A stretch of DNA of 64,000 nt from Mobula birostris (lineage: Eukaryota). The translations under genes and the position numbers were made by a program. The notes under the pieces are model-generated. The model saw only the letters and a list, made by a program, of their open reading frames with translations. It had not been told where the DNA came from and searched no databases. Below, in pieces: positions 25,761 to 37,534 of this stretch (its first letter is position 1; each line of letters begins with the position of its first letter). The stretch is taken from assembly GCF_030028105.1 (NCBI RefSeq), contig NC_092395.1, positions 21,978,424 to 22,042,423 on the forward strand. Reading direction: 5' to 3'.

Positions 25761-26431
25761 GTTTGATTTTATTTCACACATTGGGCCAAGCTGCTTTCCC
25801 ACAACGTGTTGGAATGATATTGATACAAAGGAGGAGCAGCCAGTGTCCGACTGTATCATGGTGTAACGGAGATCCAGGGCTCAATGATAGTTTCCCTGCC
25901 TCCACCACAAGTTCTCATTGCATAATATGTCTGGTCCCACTTTTGCAACATCTAGTTCGGGGCATGGCCACTGATCTGACTGGGGTTTTAGGCCAGTGAT
26001 GGGCTCCTTCGCTGTACTTACTGAGGTGGGTGCGTGTTTGTTTCTTGGGGAGAGCACTGTTGGTGATGAATGGATGGGGGGGTAGGTGGAGGGAGAGAGA
26101 TTTCATGCTGACAGGAGAGGAGATTGTCTGGATGATTGGCCATGCTGGGGTTGAGACTGGGGAAATAGCCGGCCACAATGAGAGGGAGGATGTCGAGGAA
26201 GCTGGCATTAATGCTGAACTGGCAGGAAGATGAGAGATGGAAGCTGAAGGGAGTGGAGGTATCAATAGCACTGTGATGGGGAGCCAGAGGGTGGAGATGG
26301 GGGGTGGTGTTGTATGAGGTTGGACTGCTAGATTGGAGGATTTGGAGATGGCCTGACAGCTTAGATGAGTCTTTCACTTACTGGGTGGCTTCCAGGGAAG
26401 TTCTGACATTTTAAAACAAGGTTATGCAGGG

Positions 26432-26671
26432 TGACGAACACAAAATGCTGAAGGAACTCAGCAGGTGAGCAGAATCCATAGAGAGGAATAACCAGACAAA
26501 GTTTCAGGCTGGGACCCTTCATCAGGACTGGCGAATTCCTGATTAAGAGTCTTGGCCTGAAACGTCAACTGTGTATTCCTCTCCAAAGATGCTACTTTAC
26601 CTGCTAAGTTCCTCCAGAATTTTATATGTGCTACTTTGAATTTCCAGCATCTGCAGAACCTCTTGTGGTTC
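26432..26671. mobile_element. Penelope-terminus-derived foldback insert with two inverted hammerhead cores
   Basis: Inverted arms. Minus core CAGTC-CTGATGA-AGGGTCCCAGCCT-GAAA (26493-26530); plus core CTGATTA-AGAGTCTTGGCCT-GAAA-CGTC-AACTG (26535-26571). Degenerate 12-bp TSD at 26420-26431 and 26672-26683. Confidence 0.75.
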
Positions 26672-26928
26672 GGCTATATAGGGACTGCTCAGCTACATAT
26701 TTCCCAGGATGAAGTGATCCAAGTTTCCCCACAAAGCCCAAACGGTGCGTTCAAGGAGTGGAGTCATCACATGCATTCCCAATGCAGAGTTATAACAGAA
26801 TCATGAAGATGACTCACAATAAGAGTGTTTGTCAACTTGAAACATAAAGACGGCTTACTTCAGCTTAAACTGATGTTCAAGTGCATCATAGATCAATGTT
26901 CAAAGTAAATTTAATGTCAAAGAACCTC

Positions 26929-27447
26929 CACTCAGTGGCCACATTATTAGGTACCTCCAGTACCTACTGGATGGATGTTTGTGATCTTCTGCTGCTGTAC
27001 CCATCCACTTCAAAGTTCGACACGTTATGCATTCAGATATGCTCTTCAGCACACACTGTTATAACAGGTGGTTATTTGAGTTTTTTGTTGCTTTTCAGCT
27101 TGAACTAGTCTGGCCAACCTCCTCTGACTTCTCTCATTCATAAGACTTTTTCACCCAGATAAGTACCACTCACTGGAAGTGTTTTTGTTTCTCACACCAT
27201 TCTTTGTAAACTCTAAAGACCGTTGTGCACAAAACTCCCAAGAGATCAGGAATTTCTGAGATATTCAAACCACCCCATCTGGCACCAACAATCATTCCAG
27301 TCAAAGTCATTTGGATCACATTTTTTCCACACTCTGATGTTTGGACTGAACCTCATGCTACCATGAGTTGCTACTACATGATTGGCTGATTAGATATTTG
27401 CATTAATGAGCAGGTGTACACGTGTACCTAATAAAGTGGCCACAATG
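26929..27447. mobile_element. Tc1-like non-autonomous element (same family)
   Basis: CACTCAGTGGCCACATTATTAGGTAC ... GTACCTAATAAAGTGGCCAC; body colinear with 21770-22326. Confidence 0.8.
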
Positions 27448-27930
27448 TACATGTCACCATATACTACCTTACAATTCATTTTCTTGCGTGTCTTCACAGT
27501 AGAACAAAGAAATATACTCGAATCAATGTAAAACTATGTACAAACAACCAATGTGCAAAATAAGACAAATAGTGCAAATACAAACAAAATCAAATGATAA
27601 TAATAAATAAACAAATGACGCTGAGAATATGAGTTGTAGTGCCCTTGAAAGCGAGTCTGTAGTTTGTAGAATCAGTTCAGCGTTGAGGTGAGTGAAGCTT
27701 TCCACACTAGTTCGGGGTCCTGATAGTGGAAGTATAATAACGGTTCCTGTACTGGTGTGGGACATAATGCTCATGTATTTCCTTCCAAATGGCAGTGGCA
27801 CAAAGAGAGTATAGCCTGGATGGTGGGGATTGTTGATGATGGATGCTGCTTTCTTGTGGCAGTGCTCCCTGTAGATAGGCTCCATGGTGGAGAGGGCTTT
27901 TTCTGTGATGGACTGAGCTGTATCCACCAA
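27448..27930 (-). mobile_element. Rex1/Babar-type 3' fragment
   Basis: VDTAQSITEKAL..KKAASIINNPHHPGYTLF..PFGRKY. Confidence 0.75.
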
Positions 27931-29375
27931 AATGTTCAGGGAATACATGGCGATACTTGTGGATGGTTCACAGCATTACTAATACTTAACACTGAGAGAA
28001 ATAGCACCAGGCAGCTCACGTAGTGGCAGTTGATTTTTTAAATGCTCTTAAACGAAGAAAGAAGGGCTTGTCTGAAAAAGAACATCTTCATCAATGTTGA
28101 AGCGCAGCATCAGCCTAACTATGTGTTTGTTTCTCAGAAGCATAACACAAAACCACAGCCTCCTGGAACAGAACTACGGCTGCTTCCCATTGAGCCATAA
28201 TACTGCTCAAGCTTAATACCATGTCTCTGAACAGAATTCATTGTTGTCCTCTGTCTCTCCCTAACTGAGCTGGTTAGGGATGCTTGAAATGGCTAGTCCA
28301 AGACTAGTTTGTGACAATAGTTGTAGCACTAATTCTGACTGGCTGAAGCTGTTACTGCAGTGAAATATCCATAGCTCAGAAATTTAGAAAACCAACTCTC
28401 TCTGCATGTGGCAGGGATATACTGTAAGCTATGTCCAACTGAATAAAGACGATAGGAATTTGGTGAGTGAAGTAAACATGACACACAACTTCCCACCCAG
28501 GACTGCTCAAGTCCTTTAACGTCTTATCAACCATCATAGCAGTGGCTGCTTAACAGCTCACAGGAATACACTGAGGTTTTGCTGAAAATAAATGTTGCTA
28601 AGAGCTTCTTGAAGGTGCTAAAAAGTAAAAAAAAATTGCTTATTGTTTGTGACAGCATCCAAGTGGAAGTGTCACAATGCACGTCAGCAATGCCAGGTAC
28701 TGTCGCACAAGGTAATCAAGTATTTATGTATCAGCAACAGGAGCTAAGCTTGGAAACCATAGGTCACCTTACAGAATTAGACTTGGGTGGTTTTATGAAC
28801 ATTTAGCAAGACAAAGCTCATCATTGTCAAAGGGGAAAGAGGAGCAGAAGGTTTTATTCTACCAAAGAGCATCTCTTTTCAATTGGCTTTTGATTTTGTC
28901 ATGTTTGCTTAAAAATAATATTGTTCTGTCTGTTCAGTTCTTTTTTCTTTCATCTGAAGGCATAAGTTTCTACCTTTCTATTTCAAGGAGACTTTATTGT
29001 TTTGATTACGTGGTTCTCTCCACATCTGTTTTTCTGTAATCCCACCCACTGTGCTCATCCAATTATTCCCGAATGAAATTCCTACCATTAGCAACCCTGC
29101 CATCAATTACAAAGGCCATATACTTTGGAATTCCCTAAACTCTTTTTCCAATTAGATGCTCTTTAAAACCAAAGGTATGTTTTGACCCAAAACATTGATG
29201 ATCTCTTTGACTCTACAGATGCTGCTTGATGTGCTGAGCTTTTGCTTCAGATTCCAGCATCTAAGTTTCCTGTGTCTCCTTCAAACCACCCTCTACATCA
29301 GAAGCTTTGGTCAGCTGCTTAAATGTATCTTTGAATGGTCCAGTGTAATTTTCATTTGGTTACACTATTGTCAAA

Positions 29376-29980
29376 ATGGTTGTTGTGATGTGTCTAGTGT
29401 GGTAGTGTAGTGGGTTGTGCTTGTCACTCTCACTTTCAGCCTCCACCGCTGGCTAGCAGTCTTGCGAAAAGGAGAGCTGAATGTCTCCCTGCCAGTACAC
29501 AGCCTCTTCGACAGCAAGCTCCATGAAGCGCCTCCTCGCTGGCGACACACGGAAACTGAACTCCTTTCGGACTCAGGCTGAACGACAGAGGACAGGGAGG
29601 AGGTTTGGCCCCTGCACACGTAGCACACAGGCCTGCCGGTGTGTGGATATGCCCTGGTGCTCATGGACCCAGGTTCCTAATTATGGGTAAATAACCCCGC
29701 TGTTTTGTGGGCAGCCTCAGGAGAGACGAAGATTACGGGACAATAAATCCGGAATGGACCCCCTAAGGCGGCTGGATGTCAGTGAACATCCTTCTGACAG
29801 CTCCTGCAGCCAAACTAGTGCCAAACATATTGCTTTATAAGCTTTCCTTTGGATTACACTGATGAGGCCGAGAAGGAGATCTTGACAGCTTGGCAACTCT
29901 GGAGCTCTGTATCTTCTACCCAGGCTTGTGACGATGATCATCATTACCCATTGTCCTTTGAGACAGATGGATGCCAACCA
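29376..29980 (+). mobile_element. Non-coding RTE-type retroelement (SINE-like) with HDV-like ribozyme head
   Basis: TSD ACACTATTGT at 29362-29371 and 29981-29990; GC-rich body with no credible ORF; (CAAC)-type tail. Confidence 0.75.
29388..29586 (+). ncRNA. Degenerate HDV-like self-cleaving ribozyme
   Basis: P3-L3-P3 GCC-TCCTCGCT-GGC (29530-29543). P1' GACACAC (29544-29550) pairs 6/7 with ATGTGTC (29388-29394). GG for P1.1 at 29551-29552, P4 hairpin at 29556-29576, J4/2 GCTGA with candidate catalytic C29578. P2 is poorly paired. Confidence 0.6.
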
Positions 29981-30159
29981 ACACTATTGTAAAAGATGTG
30001 GGGAAACTTTGCTACATTAAATGAATGCAAATAAGTGCAAGCCATCATTATTGCTAGAGCAACTTGAGGTTGTGGGACACTGTAACACAGGGTGTATTTT
30101 TTATAGGGTCTAGTTTTGCCTCTCCACCAGAACCCACAATAGACAAAGAGTTGTACCGC

Positions 30160-31360
30160 ACAGAAATAGACCATTTGGCCAAACATGCCTATGCCGAACT
30201 TTAGACCATCTACACCAAAACCATTTGATCCAATTAAGTCCTTTGCCTTGCCAGTCAAGTGTCTTTCTTAATGTCTCTTAAATGTAGATCTATATCTGAC
30301 CCCACTACTTTCTTTGGCAGCAGGAAACCGATTTCAACAACTCAGTGTGTTAAAAACCTCCCCCTTATCCCTTTTAAAACTCCTTAAATGTGTGTCCTTT
30401 TGTTTTTGCTAACCAAATCGCAGAAAATAATCTTATTTACCTCATTTATCTCATACACACCTATTAGGTCACCCCTCAGCCTCCTGCACTCCAGGAAAAC
30501 AAGCCCATCATATCCAATCTTTCCCCATAACTAAAACCCACCAGTCCAGGCAACATCCTGGTGAATCTCCTCTGCACTCTCTCCAGTGCAGCCACCTACT
30601 TCCTACTGTGTAGAGCCTAAAATTGCTCATAATACTCCAAATGCCGTCTAACCCGTCTTTTGTAAAGTTGCACAACACATCCCACCTTTAAGATTGTATG
30701 CTCCATCATGTGAAGCATACCATCTGCCTGCACCACTGTATTGCCCTGTGTTGCTATTTTCAAGGAACTCTGCACTTGAATCCTTAGATCTCCCTGTTCA
30801 TCAACATGCTATTGTCCTACCATTCTCTTAAAATATCCTACCTCTATTTGACTTCTCAAAATGAATCACCTCAGGCATGTTGAGATTAAATACCATTTTC
30901 CAATGCCTTACCTAACTTTATTCTACAGTAGCCTGAGACAACTTTCCTTACTATCCACAACTCCAGTCTGGAGTGGCATGGTAGCATTCTGGTTAGTACA
31001 AGACTATTACAGTGCTAGTGACCTGGAATCAATTCCCACCACTGTCAATAAGTTTATATGTTTTCCCTATAACTACATGGGTTTCCTCCAGACGGTCCAG
31101 TTTCCTCCCATATTTCAAAGAATGGGTTAATAGGTTAATTGGTCACATGGGTGTAATTGGGTGGCACGGGATCATGAGCCAGTAAAGCCTGTTACTGTGC
31201 TGTATCTCTAAGTAAATAAATAAACAAAATGAAATAATTTTCATATCATCCAGCAAATTACCAAACATTCCTCCTACATTCACGTCCAAGATATTAATGT
31301 ATATCACAAATGACCAGGGTTCCAGCACTGGTTCACCACTAGTCAGAGATTTCCAGTACA
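30160..31360 (-). mobile_element. Degenerate CR1 with a V-SINE inserted at about 30975-31225
   Basis: CR1 3' motifs; VLEPWSFVIYINILD..LDDMKI RT remnant. Confidence 0.65.
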
Positions 31361-33260
31361 AATGAACAGGATAGCCAACGTATAGAGTTGGCATCTCTGG
31401 TCAGATATATTTCTGAAGGTTAAATCATAGAAATCATTCTAATTTATGGTATAGGACGAGGCTGTTCAGCTATTGAACCCTCCTGGTTCATTTCCTTGAG
31501 GGGTTTGTTCCTCAAGCACTCACAAGGTGCTTCTTCAGTGAATTAGTGCATTTGCCTCCACTGTCCTTTCATGTAGAGATTTCCAGATCCTTACCAGTCT
31601 CTGGGGAACCTTTCTTTCCTCATCTCACTTCTGATCCTATAAATCAATATCCCCTTGATACTAGCCTCTCCATGAAGGGAAACTGCCTAGGTTCTCATAT
31701 CTGTAAAATCTTCAATTAATTCTCTCCAAAGCCTCCTTTTCCCAAATTAACCAACTCAGCCCTGATCAGGCTCATTTGATCTCAGGCCAAGCTCCACATA
31801 CTTCACACCTTTGATTCCTCTAATAAAGTTATACAAGACCTTCATATACTTTGACTACAAGCTGACACCATTGGACGCATAACAAGTAATACTAATACCA
31901 ACCACAACCTTCCAGCAAACCAAATGGAAGGAAAACAAATTTCATTACTTGATTGGGTGATTCTATTTAGTAAACAAATTCTTCTCCAATATTTCAATAA
32001 TTAGCAGATACAAAAGTTTAAATAAAACGTGTAAAAAAAAACAAATTTGAAAGGACCTTTTTTTTCTCTGCTGGAATCCTAGGAAACACCAGGAATATCC
32101 TGGATATTGAACACCTCTACCTCATCCAACCTCATGCAAGCTGTAGCAGAGAGTAAGTAACTCACAGACAAAACCTTAGCTGAATGGGCCAGCCTGTCTG
32201 AGAGGTCCAGACGATTGCTAGCAGCAGAGACTTATTTACAAGCCACTCCCTAACCTCCAGACCATAAGGCAGACAGGACAGTAAGATCAGCTGCAGGAAA
32301 GGTAGCCAGTTTCTCAGCAAGTGACCAGAGTCTTTACGTGTGGGGGAAGGTGGAGTGGGAGGAAGCATTGGAATTGAGTTGGGGAGAGATCTCCGTCAGG
32401 TCAAATTAGGAGAAGTCTGCATGGAGGGAAGATAACGATTCTTGGATCAACATACAAAATGCTGGAGGAACTCAGCATGTCAGGCAGTATCTATGGAGGG
32501 AATAAATAGTCGATGTTTTGGGCCAAGACCCGAACTAAAAGGGTAGGAGAAGCTTAGTCATTCTGTATATTTGACAGAGATTAATATTTAGAAATTAAGG
32601 GAATTGAGGCTCCTGTGGTTGGTCTGGGAAGGTGTCATTGGTGTGGAAAGGTCATTCATTTTCTTATTCAATGACAGAGCAGCTACAGGGACCAAATGGC
32701 CAGCTCTCACTTCAATTCCTTATGTTCTTATGTTCGTGGAGCTGAAGGAGCTTTTCTCCTTGTTTCCTTCAAAACCATCAAGAAACATTGAATGAAACGC
32801 AGAGGCAGATATTCATACTTTGTTGCATGTGCTGAATGCGCATCAAATTCCATCTCCTGGCTTCATTTATTGTCTTCATTGAGACCAGATTTCAGTAGTG
32901 GAGTGCAATGTGCAGGCATTATCATCACCTTGTTCCTTAGATACCAACAGCAAAGGACAAATTTCTGTTTCAAAATAACTTGCATGGCTTCTCCTGACGC
33001 ATTGGACCCCGCCCCAATATAGTGTGGACTGGCAGGGCAAAGGCAACGTTTACAATTGGGCTCAGAGGTTATCATGAGGGCTCTAGAACAGGTAGTTAAC
33101 ACTGCCCAATGCCTACCCACCATCAAGGATATATACACACAAAGGTACTGACAAAAGGCCAGCAATATCATGAAGGATCCCACACACCCTGCTTACAGAC
33201 TGTTTGTCCCACTCCCACTGGGGAGGAGGCTAGTGGTCCATACCAGGACCACTAGACTGA

Positions 33261-34056
33261 GGCTATGTCCACACTAGACCGGATAATTTTGAAAATGCCG
33301 GTTTCACGTAAAAATAATAGGCGTCCACACCAGGCGTTTTTGAAAGTACCTCCGTCCACATTAAAACGGGTATTTGGGCGAATCTCCTCCTACTGGGCAT
33401 GCGCAGGACATATCTACAGAAAACAAGCGAAGGGGAAACAATATACTTGGTGTGCGTTTGTCCAGTTACAGACTAGGAAAAGTTAAAAGGAAATTGCCAA
33501 AAGACGGACAGCTGTTGGCTCTCGCGCAGGAGGACTTAAAACTGAAAAAACAAATACTGGAGTGTACGGAGGCAACCGACAGGGAGTTCACGGACAGTAT
33601 GACCCGGCTGACGACGAACATTGAAAAACTAACTAACTCTGTTGCAGAGGGATTTGCAATGATGAGGAGTATGATGTCTCTGCCCCAGTACCCAGTACTT
33701 TTCACCACCACAATACCAGCCTCACAGCCACTACAATAGCTACACGTACGGACACACAGACCCCCGGGTGGCCCCACCAACATCTTCCCCACTCCCACAG
33801 GGGGGTCACCCTGGAAACATTTCCTACAGCCATAGTCTCTTCACCGATGAAAGGGACGACAGGTTTTTAAAACCTCCGGTTACCCCGTACACACTACAAC
33901 GCCCAACCGGCATTTTCAGACTTAAACACTCTGGAGAGCGTTTTAGAAAAGCTCTGTTTTTGAGGGAGGAAAACGCCATTTCAGTGTGGACAGAAGGTCA
34001 AAACGAAGAGAAAAAGCTTCAGTTATGGATTTATCTGGTCTAGTTTGTACATAGCC
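33261..34056 (+). mobile_element. Non-autonomous PIF/Harbinger DNA transposon
   Basis: 26-bp TIRs GGCTATGTCCACACTAGACCGGATAA / TTATCTGGTCTAGTTTGTACATAGCC (3 mismatches); flanks TGA and TCA (TNA target); subterminal GTCCACA repeats; internal coiled-coil ORF fragment; inserted in a Rex-like remnant. Confidence 0.8.
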
Positions 34057-34309
34057 TCAAAAATCAGTCACTTCCCCCAAGCCGTCAGACTGATCAACAC
34101 CTCCACTTATTAATCTAACACCACCCTACCCCCACCACTAAATACACATCACCTAGCATCATTTTATGTACATACAATCAGTCTATCCATATAACAGTTT
34201 CTAATACATTGTGTTTTATAGGATTGCTTTTATTTGTTTTTGCTTTTTTATTGTTTTCTTTATGCTTATTATGTTTTTCTGCTGCATTGGATCTAGAGTA
34301 ACAATCATT

Positions 34310-34555
34310 TTAAGACCATGAGACCATAAGATATAGGAGCAAAAATAGACCATTCAGCCCATCAAGTCTTCACTGCCATTCAATCATGGGCTGATCCAAT
34401 TCTTCCAGTCATCCCCACTCCCCTGCTTTCTCCCCATACCCTTTGATGCCCTGGCTAATCAAGAACCTATCTATCTCTGCCTTAAATGCACCCAATGACT
34501 TGGCCTCCACAGCTGCTCGTGGCAACAAATTCCACGGATTTACCACCCTCTGACC
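34310..34555 (-). mobile_element. CR1 3' end
   Basis: (AAGACCAT)n tail; same body as 9545-9790. Confidence 0.75.
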
Positions 34556-35434
34556 GAGTAAAAGTTTGTTCTTTTTACACACATGTACTGAAGAATGACA
34601 ATAAAACTCTTGAATCTAAAGCCCAATCTGTGCAATGATAGAAATGTCACGTAGCTTTCATGGCTCCTATGTGGAAGGCAGATTGGTCTGGAGGGACAGG
34701 TAACAAGGCTCCTTCCACCTTGCTTCCTTTATCTGCTCACCACTGCTGGTTAATGATTCCACCTCTCCCTCCCCCCCCTCCCTCACCCCAGTCAGCATAT
34801 TAGTCCGAGGCAGTGGTAAACATGCTTCAGATGAAAAAATAATGCGACAAATATTTTTGGTATCCCGATCAGGATTACGGCTGTCAGTCTGAAGAGACCA
34901 TGAAGAATGATGGAAAGGGCAGGCATGAGGACAAAAGGAAATAAAGGCAGCTGAGGATAAATATCGATATAAAACAAGGTCAGTATTCACTCAGCCCTTT
35001 CTCATATCTCAGAATGATTGTAAACACGTCACATTCAATAACCTGATGATTATTGTTCGCTGGATCATTTGGGGAGCTGGGTGTGAGGCATGCTAGGCAG
35101 TCAAGAGTTAATGGCTGAATTTCAAAATCCTGAAGCAACGAGCTTTCTAAGATTATAGAATGCCTTTGAAGCGTACAGAGAGAAAACAGGCTTATCTTCT
35201 GGTTTTAGTGCCTGGGTGTTATGTACAAGAACTACTTGTGCAAGAAAATAAGTGGCGATAATGACATCAAGCATGAATGAAGAAGGTGGAATGTTGGTGG
35301 CTGAGTTAATACACATGGCTGGAAGGATCTAATAACTCTAGCAGAGAAAGATAATGTTTAATGAAGGCAAATGATCAGGGGACAGTTAAATCAGGAAGAC
35401 TTTGCTGAAAGCAGGAGCTTTGAAGAACATAATT

Positions 35435-35730
35435 GCAACACAGTGGTGTAGCGGTAAGCGTGATGCTATTACAGCTCGGGACGTTTCGGAGTTCAATTCT
35501 GGTGTTGCTCGGTATGGAGTCTCTCTGTGTCCGCCCCATGGAACACGTGAATTTTCCTCTGGTGCTCCTGTTTCCTCCCCCAGTCCCAAGATGTACTGGC
35601 TGAGTAAACTGGTCATTGTAAATTGTCCCGTGATTAGGTTAGGGTTAATCGGGTTTGTCGGAGGCTGCGTGGCATGGCTGAAAGGGCCAGAAGGCTTTGC
35701 GTTGTATCGCTAAATAAAATAAAATTAAAT
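35435..35730 (+). mobile_element. V-SINE
   Basis: GGTGTAGCGGT..GAGTTCAATTC..V-domain; (TAAA)n tail. Confidence 0.75.
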
Positions 35731-36139
35731 TGAATTAATATATATGGCCCAGAAATAGCAAAGGCCATTCATAATAAATCTGGCCCGTTATCCAATATCA
35801 AAAGTGTTCTCTTTTTCAATTCTTCCATGTGTTTTTGTAAAGAACATTTAAGCCTGAAGGTCAAAACTATGCCTGGCAAGTTGAGGGGGTCGCCACCCCG
35901 AGGTCAGTGAAGTCCGGAGGAAAAGCCAAAGGTCAAAGCCCAGAGCTCAGCAAGTCCAGAGGTGGAAGCCCAAAGGTTGAAAACTAAAGTCAGCAAGTCC
36001 GGAGGCAGAGGCCCAAAGATCGAGTCTGTGAGTCTGGCCAGGGACAGGAGGTTGAAGGCCTGATGTCTGGAAGTCTGAGAGTCCAGGGCCAAGGACTAGA
36101 AACCTGGAGGCAGGAGAATTTGGGAGAACACACGCAGTC

Positions 36140-37300
36140 CTTATCGAGGATCAGAAGTGCAAAGGGTGAGCAGCTTCAAGTTCCTGAGTGTCAATGTCTT
36201 AGAAGGTCTATTCTGGGCCCAACATATTTATGCAATTACGAAGAAGGCATGCCAGAGGCTTCATTAGGGTATTGAGGCGATTTAGCAGGTCGCCGAGGAT
36301 TAGCAAATTTCCACAGATGTACCGTGGAGAGCTTTCTGACTGGTTGCATCACTGTCTGATACAGAGGCGTCAATGAACAGCATCAGAAAAAGCAGCAGAG
36401 AGCTGTAGGCTCACCACCAGCCTCCGTGTCATTGATGACATCATCAAAAGGCGATGCCTCAAGGAGGCAGCATCCATCATAAAGGATCCTCACCATCCAC
36501 AAGACCCCTCGCTCATCCCTACCATCAGCCAGGAGGTACAGGAGCCTGAAGATGTACAGCTAACCTATTAGGAACTGTTTCGTCTCCTCCACCATCGAAT
36601 TTCTGAACAGTCCATGTACCCATGAACACTACATCACTATTTTGCTCCCCTTTTACACTACTAATCTCTCGATATGTTCCTATTGTAATATATAGTAATC
36701 AATTGTATTGTACTGTACAATACAGCTCAGTAATAACACTGCATTGTTGCTGCAGAACAACAGATGACATGAGATGGAGTACATCATTCTACCATCCAGT
36801 GTTGAGGCAGGGTGGTGCTACTGCAAAATATTGAAATTAGCTGTAGAAACTTGCAAAATTAATCAGCTCCATCATGGGCATTAGCTGCCGTAGTATCCAG
36901 GACATCTTCTAGAAGCAATGCCTCAAAAAGGCGGCATCCATCATTAAGGACCCAGGTCATGCCTTGTTCTCATTGTTACCATCAGGAAGGAGGCACAGAA
37001 GCCCGAAGCCACACACTCAATGATTCAGGAACAGCTTCTTCCCCTCTGCCACCTGATTTCTGAATAGATATTGAACCCATGAACACAACATCACTACTTT
37101 TTAATTTCTATTTTTGCACCACTTATTTAACTATTTTATACATATATTCTTACTGCAATTCATGTTTTTTCACTATTATTATGTAATACACTATACTGCT
37201 GCTGCAAAGACAACAAATTTCATGACATGTACCAGTAATATTAAACCTGATTCTGATTCTGACACAGATTTATGATTATAAGCCTGATTCTAATTCTGGT
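36140..37300 (+). mobile_element. Two tandem Rex1/Babar-type 3' fragments
   Basis: Repeated AASIIKDP..PS.RR motifs at about 36460 and 36930; (GATTCT)n tails at about 37250-37300. Confidence 0.7.
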
Positions 37301-37534
37301 TCTGAAGTTCTGTCACTACATCAGCAGCCAACCTCAATAATATCATTATGAATGAAGTTCTGCAGCCCTTTGATGGAAGGGATGCATACTATATCTCTGA
37401 TTCCCAGCTGTGAGGAGTGTGTTGCCCTCTCCTGTCACCCATACATTACCTAGAGGAAAATCTGTCCTTAAATTTTTTGCTGTATGAACCATTACTTTAA
37501 GTTCTCGTGGCATGGTGGGAGATTACCCAGAAAG

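Noticed and set aside
25800-26400. Overlapping 118-119-aa ORFs
   Set aside because: Low-complexity, decayed repeat-like sequence; no domain recognised.
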